DNA of 64,000 nt from an uncultured Muribaculaceae bacterium (lineage in GTDB: Bacteria; Bacteroidota; Bacteroidia; Bacteroidales; Muribaculaceae): NCBI GenBank assembly GCA_910584545.1, contig CAJUBC010000006.1:2225-66224 (forward strand), in the 5' to 3' direction. Of this stretch, positions 37,915 through 46,056 are shown one piece after another. The stretch's first letter is position 1, and each line of letters opens with the position of its first letter. The notes under the pieces are model-generated. The model searched no databases and had not been told where the DNA came from. It worked only from the letters and a program-made list of their open reading frames with translations. A program made the translations under genes and the position numbers.

Positions 37915-39873
37915 TTGAACAAAACAGTGAAAAAATATATCATCGCCGTTTCGGCGGCTCTTCTCTCAGCCACCGGTGCCATGGCGCACTCTGTGGCTTT
38001 CTCGGAGAATTTCAACGGTGACTACACCGCAAGTTTTCCCACCCGAGTCGGGCTCAACACAAGTGCCTCGATAGCCAATTTCCGGACTCTTTTCATGGAC
38101 CAGAACGGCAAGACTCAGGCGTGGTGGCATCTTCGCGACTCCAATGCGGCTACCGATATGTTCCTATGCTCGCATTCGGCCTACGATCCGGTCGGCACCG
38201 CCAACAGCTGGCTTGTGACGCGCCCCATCGAGATTCCTACAGAGGGTTATAATCTTTCCTTCGACGCCCAGTCATGTCTGATCCGTGCCGACTACAAGAC
38301 CGTGAACCGTCTCAGCGACTTATGGGTATATATTTCGGAAGAGCCTTTCGATAAAGACAATCTTCCCACAGAAGCCACTGAACATTATGTCGATGTGCCT
38401 TACGGGAAATATCTTTCCGACTGCGAGAATGATTTCGAGCATTATTCCATCAATCTCGACAAATATGCGGGAAAGACAATCTACATTTATTTTGCGAATC
38501 TGAATACGGACCGCGACATTCTCGCTCTCGACAATATCCTCGTGCAGCGTCTCGACAATGCCGAGGTCTCTCTTTCCGCTCCGGAATGGGTGGTCGACGG
38601 TGAGTTCGAGGTTGAGGCCACCGTCAGATGCACCAACGAGGGTGGAATCGGTCCCTGGACCCTGACCTTCAGCGACAATGCCGGCCACGAGACCACTGTT
38701 AACGGTGATGCCCTTGATTTCGGCATGTCGAAGACCCTCAGGTTCACCTCGTCTGTAAAGGCCGACGGTGCAGCTGAATTCACCGCAACCCTTCGGATGA
38801 ACGGTGCGGAACCTATTGTTGCAAAGGGAGAGACCAAGGGTATGGCGTTCATTCCTACACACCGCGTTCTTATGGAAGAGTCCACGGGACTCTGGTGCGG
38901 AAACTGTCCCCTCGGTATCTTCACCGTCGAGAACATGCTTGCCGACGAGAACATGAAGGATATAGTGATTCCCGTCAATATCCACATTCCCGGAAGTTCT
39001 CCCGACTACATGTATCCCCCCATCGCTGAATATGCCGGGATCTTCGCCCTCGAGGTAGCTCCGATGGCGCGTCTCGACAGGGACCTGAAGCCGGTGGGCT
39101 ATTCAAACGGTGACACAAGCTATGATCCGTCGGACGACAATACGATGGCGGGACGTGTCCGTCTCGAACATGAGAAGATCACATTCGCCGACATCTCCCT
39201 CAGAGCCGACCTCCAGGTCCAGGGCAATGACACTACGGCTGTCAACTGCACCGTAGAGGTTCTTCCGGCAGTGACCCTCAAGGGAAATTATCTTATCGGT
39301 TTCATTCTCGCCGAGAATAATGTCGGAGTAGACGGAAACAGCCGTTATTGGCGTCAGCACAATTATTACTCGGGCAGCGACACGAAGATGGGGCTCTGGA
39401 ACGAGCTCCCCGAGTGGCTGTATAATTTCAGATATCAGGACGTGGCCCGTGGTGTATGGGGCTATCGCGGTCTTGATGGAAGTCTTCCCGAGCAGCTTGA
39501 CATGAACAAGAAGCAGACGTTCAGCTACACCATCGAGATTCCCGACATCTACGAGGAACTTGAGAACGGAGAACTGGTTTCTCCCTCGATCAAGGTGGGC
39601 GACTGCGTTCTCATTGCCTATCTCTACAACCGTGATACCTCGCGTGTGGTCAATTCAGTAGCCCTTCCGCTTTCAGAGAAAGCGGAGAAACGCTTCACCA
39701 CCGCAGACTACGCCGCCTTGTATGGATACGCAGGCGTGAGGGATATTCTTGGCAATGACGAGACAGATTCAGCCCCCGTGTATTACAACCTTCAGGGACA
39801 GCGTGTGGAGAATCCGGGACGAGGAATCTACATTGTCCGCAAAGGAAGCAAGACAGAAAAAATCGCACTGTAA
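37915..39873 (+). CDS. T9SS cargo: cleaved-adhesin (choice-of-anchor J-like) + Omp28-like CXXC domain
   Basis: 'ANSWLVTRPI', 'INLDKYAGKTIYIYF..LDNI', 'EESTGLWCGNCP', 'WRQHNYYS', 'YQDVAR' and the tail 'YYNLQGQRVENPGRGIYIVR'. Confidence 0.8.
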   Translation: MNKTVKKYIIAVSAALLSATGAMAHSVAFSENFNGDYTASFPTRVGLNTSASIANFRTLFMDQNGKTQAWWHLRDSNAATDMFLCSHSAYDPVGTANSWLVTRPIEIPTEGYNLSFDAQSCLIRADYKTVNRLSDLWVYISEEPFDKDNLPTEATEHYVDVPYGKYLSDCENDFEHYSINLDKYAGKTIYIYFANLNTDRDILALDNILVQRLDNAEVSLSAPEWVVDGEFEVEATVRCTNEGGIGPWTLTFSDNAGHETTVNGDALDFGMSKTLRFTSSVKADGAAEFTATLRMNGAEPIVAKGETKGMAFIPTHRVLMEESTGLWCGNCPLGIFTVENMLADENMKDIVIPVNIHIPGSSPDYMYPPIAEYAGIFALEVAPMARLDRDLKPVGYSNGDTSYDPSDDNTMAGRVRLEHEKITFADISLRADLQVQGNDTTAVNCTVEVLPAVTLKGNYLIGFILAENNVGVDGNSRYWRQHNYYSGSDTKMGLWNELPEWLYNFRYQDVARGVWGYRGLDGSLPEQLDMNKKQTFSYTIEIPDIYEELENGELVSPSIKVGDCVLIAYLYNRDTSRVVNSVALPLSEKAEKRFTTADYAALYGYAGVRDILGNDETDSAPVYYNLQGQRVENPGRGIYIVRKGSKTEKIAL

Positions 39874-39957
39874 ACTATAAAGCCGGCGGCAGGGGTATAT
39901 TTATTCCCTGTCGTCGGAAATTTCTATTTAATTATTTATTAACCAACAACAACCGGT

Positions 39958-42900
39958 ATGAAAAAAATTAGTACAGTGTTGTCATCCGCGTTCTTCGCAG
40001 TGGCGGCGTTCGCAGGCACGACAACAGAGACGGCTCCGTTTACGATCGAGCCTTCCGGTGGAACAGTGGAGTCGCTGCAGACGTTTACAATGACGATGCA
40101 GCCTGAAAGCGGGGTCTATGACCTCGGCTTCGCCAGCTATTACATCTACATCGAGAAAGATGGGACACGTGTAGCCACATCCAACGGGGTAAGCAGCCTT
40201 CCCAACATGCAGTATGAGCTAATGTTCCCGGCAGCCATCGTCGAAAACGGGGAATACACGCTTGTATTCCCCGCAGGTTCTGTAACCAAGTATGATTCAG
40301 ACTATAACAAGCTCTGGACCAACGAGACCCCGTTCGAGTACAAGTACACCGTAGAGGCTCCCGCAGCAGAGGAGATTCCTTTTACTCTGACTCCTGCTCC
40401 GGGCACGACGCTGCCTATTATGAAGAGCTTCAAGCTTGATATGGTTACCGGCGGGGAAGCTGCAGCCCTCGGGTTCACATCCAATCTGTTTAAACTTTAT
40501 CGAGACGGTCAGGAGGTCCGCGCCACATTCAGCACTAAGCAGACAAATGAAGGAGAACTTCCTACCAATTTCGATTTCTATCTGATTTCTCCGATAGTAG
40601 AGGAAGGAGATTACACAATCGTAATGCCAGCAGGAACCGTTTCTTGGTTTGACAGTGATTTCATGAAACTCGGCAGCAACACCTTCGATTATGAATTCAA
40701 CTATACTATCAAGTTCGATCCTAATGTAGATGCTATTCCCGAGTTCAATAATACATTCTTCTCCATCACTCCTAATGGAGGTAAGGTCGACAAACTTGAT
40801 ACATTCAACATCGAGGTCGGCGGCCTCGGCGTAAAGATTTGGGATATCACCTGGGATAACACAAGATATTATGTGACCAAGGACGGTCAGCGCGTATGCG
40901 GTGTCAACAAGCCCGTGCAGGTTGAGGGGCCGGAATGGACCATGAGCCTCGAGACTCCACAGACCGAGCCCGGTACCTACCGTCTGATCTTCCCTGTCGG
41001 TTCCGTATTCGATTCAGGTGCCGACACCTCCAACCAGGAATGGTACATCTACGAGTACACCATCGAAGGTCAGGAGACTCCCGGTGATGGCCAGTACGTG
41101 AACTCTTACATCACGTTTGATCCCTCTGCTGTGGAACAGACTTCTATCTCCGGTATCAAGATGTGGCCTAAAGATTCTGACTATGATTATATCGATTTAG
41201 ACAGAAGAGTACAGCCGCAGCTTCTCAAGGATGGCGAGGTTCTGTATGAAAAGGCGAACATCGAGTGGATTCAGAATGGTGATGTTGTCGAGGCTTCCGT
41301 ACTCTGGTTTGTCGATGGCAATGGAATGGCTGTTAAAGAAATTACCGAGCCCGGCGAGTATGAAGCCGTGTTCCCGGTTGGATCGCTCCTTTTCTATAAT
41401 ATGACGGATTACACCAAATTCATGTCAAATGAAGAAGTTGTCCGCATCAAGTATGTTATCTCCGGTGGAACTCCCGTTGAGCCTGGAAATCAGTACATCA
41501 CATTCGATCCAGCCGGTGGTGAGGTTGCAGAGCTGACTTACGTCAGCATGACTCCCAAGACCGGATACGACGATATCAGTGTGGAGAAGGCTTCTTCCAT
41601 CGAATTGAAGAAGGATGGCGTTAAGTTTGCCAGCGTAAAACCCGACTGGTTGGATGATGGAACAATGTGCGTACGTTTCTATGATGCCGAAGAAAAGCAG
41701 ATAGAAAAAATCACGGAGCCCGGCGAATATACTCTGGTTTTCCCTGCCAATTCACTGGCTTATTATATCGGATGGGATTTAATATCAATAGATGAGGAAA
41801 TAGTTCTCAATTATACAATCGTTGGAGGAACTACTCCTGTTGTGGAGAACAAGTACTACACCTATTCTCCCACAGAGGAAATCCAGACATCCCTTACTGA
41901 GATAGAGCTGCAGCCGAAAGATCCCTATTACATGCTCGAAAGTTTGGATGCAAGTCTGATTGAAGTCCTCAAGAATGGTGAAACATTCTGCGCTGCGAAG
42001 CTTACCGATTTAATCAATCCGGACGGTACCTATGGTCTTACCCTTAAGTTCTATGATGCCAACGGAACCAGAATTCCTGAAATCACGGAGGCCGGCGAAT
42101 ATCTCGTGGTCATTCCTGCAGGTGCCATCGGCTGGTATCATAACAATGGTGAATACGGAGAAGTCGATGTAGAGCAGACTATCAAGTACGTCATCGAAGG
42201 CTCCGCAACCGAGGCTCCCAAGTTCAAGTTCGTTCCAGCCGACAATGAGTCAGTGGAATCTCTCGCGTCCATCGAGATGACTCTCGACGACAGCCGTTAT
42301 ACCACCCTCAATCTCGGTGACGCCGCTATTACAGTGAATAAGGATGGTGAGAAATTCTGTGATGCTACCGCAACAGCCAACGAGGATTTCACCGCCTACA
42401 CGATTACTCTCGCTACTCCCGCTACAGAGGCCGGTACATATACCGTAGCTATCGAAGGCGGCAAGATCACCGTATCCGACGGTGGCAATGCAGCCGTCGT
42501 AGTGGAAGAGGAGACTCTCCTTACCTACAATGTGACCGGCAAGCTTCCCGAGACAGTGTTTGACGCGACAGTGACAAAGACTTCTCCGATCAAGCTGAAC
42601 CAGACCACCGACTTCGATGATATCCAGTGGGAGGCCAATCAGTTCGTGACCTTCACGACCAACATCAGTTCCGTGAAGGCTAAGGAAGACGTTACCGTGA
42701 CTTTCGCGGCAAAGGATGGCAGCTTCTCCACTACAGCCGCTCTTCAGGTGAACTTCGGCAGCCAGCTTAAGGCTCTCTTCACAGAGAAACCGGTTTACAA
42801 CGGTGACTACACCATCACTATTCCGAAGGCTTCCTTCGGTGACGAGGCTTGGCTTGCCAACAACGCGACAGGTCACTCGAATGATGAGATCGTGCTGAAC

Positions 42901-43428
42901 TTCACATTCTCCGGCCTCAAGGATCAGGCTCAGGCAGTTGAGTTCGACATCGTTCCTGTTTCCTTCAAGCCCGCATTGGATCAGGCTACAGGTGACCTCT
43001 CGAGCGTGACCATCACATTCGACCAGCCTCTCGGCATCTACGGTGGCGGTGAGCTGGCAGCAGTCCTCTGGAGCACCGAGCAGAGCTACCGCACAATGTC
43101 GTATGTAAGTGCAAGCGCACCTCAGACTGAATTCACGTTCACATTCAACCCCGCACCCACCGAGGCAGGAAATTACCTCTTCATGGTAGCCAAGGGTTCT
43201 CTCGGCGACGCCGACTATATCGCCAACGACCAGACCGGTCATGCAACTGCCGAGATTTCTCATGTATACGAATTCAATCCCTCGCTCGTCGGCATCCTCA
43301 CCATCGATGCTGATCAGGTATTCGAGGATGGTATCTTCACCGTTGAGGGTATCTGCGTAGGCAAGACCACACGCAACCTCCCCGCCGGCATCTACATCGC
43401 AGGCGGCCGCAAGATCGCCATCAAATAA
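39958..43428 (+). CDS. Large secreted protein with about nine Ig-like repeats and a T9SS tail
   Basis: Signal peptide, nine copies of a (T/V)ExGxYxxxxPxG-like motif spaced about 120 aa apart, and the tail 'IFTVEGICVG..LPAGIYIAGGRKIAIK'. Confidence 0.75.
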   Translation: MKKISTVLSSAFFAVAAFAGTTTETAPFTIEPSGGTVESLQTFTMTMQPESGVYDLGFASYYIYIEKDGTRVATSNGVSSLPNMQYELMFPAAIVENGEYTLVFPAGSVTKYDSDYNKLWTNETPFEYKYTVEAPAAEEIPFTLTPAPGTTLPIMKSFKLDMVTGGEAAALGFTSNLFKLYRDGQEVRATFSTKQTNEGELPTNFDFYLISPIVEEGDYTIVMPAGTVSWFDSDFMKLGSNTFDYEFNYTIKFDPNVDAIPEFNNTFFSITPNGGKVDKLDTFNIEVGGLGVKIWDITWDNTRYYVTKDGQRVCGVNKPVQVEGPEWTMSLETPQTEPGTYRLIFPVGSVFDSGADTSNQEWYIYEYTIEGQETPGDGQYVNSYITFDPSAVEQTSISGIKMWPKDSDYDYIDLDRRVQPQLLKDGEVLYEKANIEWIQNGDVVEASVLWFVDGNGMAVKEITEPGEYEAVFPVGSLLFYNMTDYTKFMSNEEVVRIKYVISGGTPVEPGNQYITFDPAGGEVAELTYVSMTPKTGYDDISVEKASSIELKKDGVKFASVKPDWLDDGTMCVRFYDAEEKQIEKITEPGEYTLVFPANSLAYYIGWDLISIDEEIVLNYTIVGGTTPVVENKYYTYSPTEEIQTSLTEIELQPKDPYYMLESLDASLIEVLKNGETFCAAKLTDLINPDGTYGLTLKFYDANGTRIPEITEAGEYLVVIPAGAIGWYHNNGEYGEVDVEQTIKYVIEGSATEAPKFKFVPADNESVESLASIEMTLDDSRYTTLNLGDAAITVNKDGEKFCDATATANEDFTAYTITLATPATEAGTYTVAIEGGKITVSDGGNAAVVVEEETLLTYNVTGKLPETVFDATVTKTSPIKLNQTTDFDDIQWEANQFVTFTTNISSVKAKEDVTVTFAAKDGSFSTTAALQVNFGSQLKALFTEKPVYNGDYTITIPKASFGDEAWLANNATGHSNDEIVLNFTFSGLKDQAQAVEFDIVPVSFKPALDQATGDLSSVTITFDQPLGIYGGGELAAVLWSTEQSYRTMSYVSASAPQTEFTFTFNPAPTEAGNYLFMVAKGSLGDADYIANDQTGHATAEISHVYEFNPSLVGILTIDADQVFEDGIFTVEGICVGKTTRNLPAGIYIAGGRKIAIK

Positions 43429-43443
43429 AGATCCGACATACCG

Positions 43444-43485
43444 ATAAAAAAATCGGCGCTCCTTTCGGGGCGCCGATTTTTTTAT
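43444..43485. terminator. Bidirectional intrinsic terminator
   Basis: ataaaaaaatcggcgc...gcgccgatttttttat between convergent genes. Confidence 0.85.
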
Positions 43486-43590
43486 AATGTTGAATTTCGA
43501 ATTTTGAATGTTGAATTACATTGTTTTGGCAATTTTGGTTTTGCTGATGTTATCCTAATTCAACATTCAAAATTCAACATTCAAAATTAT
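43484..43590. repeat. Inverted pair of 7-bp tandem arrays (35-bp arms)
   Basis: aatgttg/aatttcg/aattttg/aatgttg (43484-43518) against the complementary caacatt/caaaatt array (43556-43590); 32/35 nt complementary. Confidence 0.85.
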
Positions 43591-44783
43591 CATTTAATCA
43601 CATTCAGTTTCTTGCCTACCTTGATGAATGCTGCGATGGCCTTGTCGAGCTGCTCGCGGGTGTGGGCGGCGGAGAGCTGTACGCGGATGCGTGCCTGTCC
43701 CTTCGGTACTACCGGATAGTAGAAGCCCGTCACGTAGATGCCTTCCTTCTGCATCTCGGCTGCGAAGTCCTGAGAGAGTTTCGCGTCGTAGAGCATGACG
43801 GCGCAGATGGCGCTCTGGGTGGGCTTGATGTCGAAGCCCGCGGCGAGCATCTTGTCGCGGAAGTAGGCGACGTTCTCCATCAGTGTGGTGTGCAGGTCGT
43901 CGCTCTCGCCGAGCATGCGGAACATCTCGATGCTGGCGCCTACGATCGAGGGGGCCACGGAGTTGGAGAAGAGATAGGGACGCGAACGCTGACGGAGCAT
44001 GTCGATGATCTCCTTGGGACCGGTGGTGAAACCGCCCATGGCGCCTCCGAACGACTTGCCGAGCGTACCGGTGAAGATGTCGATCTTGCCGTAGCAGTCG
44101 AACTTCTCCGCAACGCCGTGACCGGTTGCTCCGACAACTCCTGCGGAGTGGCTTTCGTCTACCATCACGAGTGCGTCATATTTCTCGGCGAGTTCGCAGA
44201 TCTTGTCCATGGGAGCCACGTTGCCGTCCATCGAGAACACGCCGTCGGTGGCGATGATGCGGTAGCGGCAGTCCTGCGCTTCCTTCAGGCAGCGCTCCAG
44301 GTCCGCCATGTCGGCGTTGGCATAGCGGAAACGCTTGGCCTTGCAGAGGCGCACGCCGTCGATGATCGAAGCGTGGTTGAGGGCATCGCTGATGATGGCG
44401 TCCTGCTCTGTGAAAAGGGGCTCGAACAGACCGCCGTTGGCATCGAAGCAAGCGGCGTAGAGGATGGTGTCCTCGGTCTTGAAATAATCGCTGATGGCTT
44501 TCTCGAGTTCCTTGTGGAGGTCCTGCGTACCGCAGATGAAGCGTACCGACGACATTCCGTAGCCACGACGGTCCATGGCCTTCTTGGCGGCCTCGATGAG
44601 GCGGCTGTTGTCAGCGAGGCCGAGATAGTTGTTGGCACAGAAATTGAGCACTTCGCCCTTTGTGCCTTCCACTTCGATGTCGCTGCTCTGGGGAGTGATG
44701 ATCACACGCTCGTTCTTGTAGAGACCGGCATCCTTGATGTCCTGAAGTTCTTTCTGAAGATGTGTCTTGAAATTCTTGTACAT
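43590..44783 (-). CDS. kbl: Glycine C-acetyltransferase (2-amino-3-ketobutyrate CoA ligase)
   Basis: 'NFCANNYLGL', 'SVRFICGTQ', 'DALNHASIIDG', 'TLGKSFGGA' and 'RIRVQLSAAH'. Confidence 0.96.
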   Translation of the reverse strand: MYKNFKTHLQKELQDIKDAGLYKNERVIITPQSSDIEVEGTKGEVLNFCANNYLGLADNSRLIEAAKKAMDRRGYGMSSVRFICGTQDLHKELEKAISDYFKTEDTILYAACFDANGGLFEPLFTEQDAIISDALNHASIIDGVRLCKAKRFRYANADMADLERCLKEAQDCRYRIIATDGVFSMDGNVAPMDKICELAEKYDALVMVDESHSAGVVGATGHGVAEKFDCYGKIDIFTGTLGKSFGGAMGGFTTGPKEIIDMLRQRSRPYLFSNSVAPSIVGASIEMFRMLGESDDLHTTLMENVAYFRDKMLAAGFDIKPTQSAICAVMLYDAKLSQDFAAEMQKEGIYVTGFYYPVVPKGQARIRVQLSAAHTREQLDKAIAAFIKVGKKLNVIK

Positions 44784-44988
44784 GATATTAGTATGTTCGG
44801 GACGCGGCCACATGGCCCCGTTCCATTTAATGACACAAATTTAAAAAATATTTGGCATTCATTGATTATTTTTAGCGAAAAAATTTCTATTTTTGCAGTG
44901 AATTCCACTAACGGCGGTCAGTGCCGCTTCCGCGCGATGCGCGCAAGCCTTTTTCAGACCGTCGCCTTAAATTTATTACCGACATAAG

Positions 44989-45966
44989 ATGAAGAATATC
45001 CTTGTCATCGGAGGTACCGGTCAGATCGGCTCCGAACTCATCATGAAACTCCGTGCCCTTTATCCGCAGGGCACCGTGGTATGCGGCTACATCCCCGCCG
45101 CTCCTCCCAAAGGGATCCTGCTCGAAAGCGGTCCCGCCGAGATCGTCGATATCACCAATCCTCAGCAGATCGCCGATGTGGTCGATAAATACAAGATCGA
45201 CACCATCTATAATCTCGCAGCGCTTCTGTCGGCCGTAGCCGAGGCCAAGCCTCAGCTCGCATGGCACATAGGCGTGGGAGGTCTCTACAACACCCTCGAG
45301 GTGGCCCGCGAGAAAGGCTGCGCGGTCTTCACCCCCAGCTCCATCGGCTCTTTCGGTCCCTCCACCCCCCACGTCAAGACCCCGCAGGACACGATCCAGC
45401 GTCCGCAGACCATCTACGGCGTGACCAAGGTAAGCGGCGAGCTCCTCTCCGACTATTACGCCAAGCGTTTCGGAGTCGACACGCGTTCCGTCCGTTTCCC
45501 GGGCCTCATCTCTTATACGACTCTCCCCGGCGGCGGTACGACCGACTATGCGGTCGACATCTATTACTCGGCAGTGAAGGGCGAGACATTCAAATGCCCG
45601 TTGAAGCCGGGCACGTTCATGGATATGATGTACATGCCCGACGCGCTCCGCGCCGCTGTAGAGATCATGGAGGCCGACCCGACGAAGCTTATCCACCGCA
45701 ACTCATTCAACATCGCCTCGATGAGCTTCGATCCCGAGATCATCGCCGCCAAGATAAAGGAGTATATCCCGGAATTCAAGATGGAATACGAGCTTGACCC
45801 GCTCCGTCAGGCCATAGCTGACTCGTGGCCCGACTCCCTCGACGACACATGCGCCCGCGAAGAGTGGGGCTGGCGTCCGGAATATGACCTCGACGCGATG
45901 ACCCGCGATATGATCCCCAACCTCTGCGAGAAACTGCAGATCCCCGTCCTCAAGCTGGAGAAGTAA
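44989..45966 (+). CDS. L-threonine 3-dehydrogenase (SDR/epimerase type)
   Basis: 'GGTGQIG', 'LAALLSA', 'YGVTK', 'PGGGTTDYAV' and 'RQAIADSWP'. Divergent from kbl. Confidence 0.88.
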   Translation: MKNILVIGGTGQIGSELIMKLRALYPQGTVVCGYIPAAPPKGILLESGPAEIVDITNPQQIADVVDKYKIDTIYNLAALLSAVAEAKPQLAWHIGVGGLYNTLEVAREKGCAVFTPSSIGSFGPSTPHVKTPQDTIQRPQTIYGVTKVSGELLSDYYAKRFGVDTRSVRFPGLISYTTLPGGGTTDYAVDIYYSAVKGETFKCPLKPGTFMDMMYMPDALRAAVEIMEADPTKLIHRNSFNIASMSFDPEIIAAKIKEYIPEFKMEYELDPLRQAIADSWPDSLDDTCAREEWGWRPEYDLDAMTRDMIPNLCEKLQIPVLKLEK

Positions 45967-46017
45967 GAAAAAGGCCCATGCGCAGGCAAAAACCTTGCGT
46001 ACGGATGTAAGTTATGT

Positions 46018-46047
46018 GCCGGGAAGTCCGACTTCCCGGCTCTTTTT
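46018..46047 (+). terminator. Intrinsic terminator
   Basis: gccgggaagt/acttcccggc stem followed by tcttttt. Confidence 0.7.
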
Positions 46048-46056
46048 GTATGTCCG

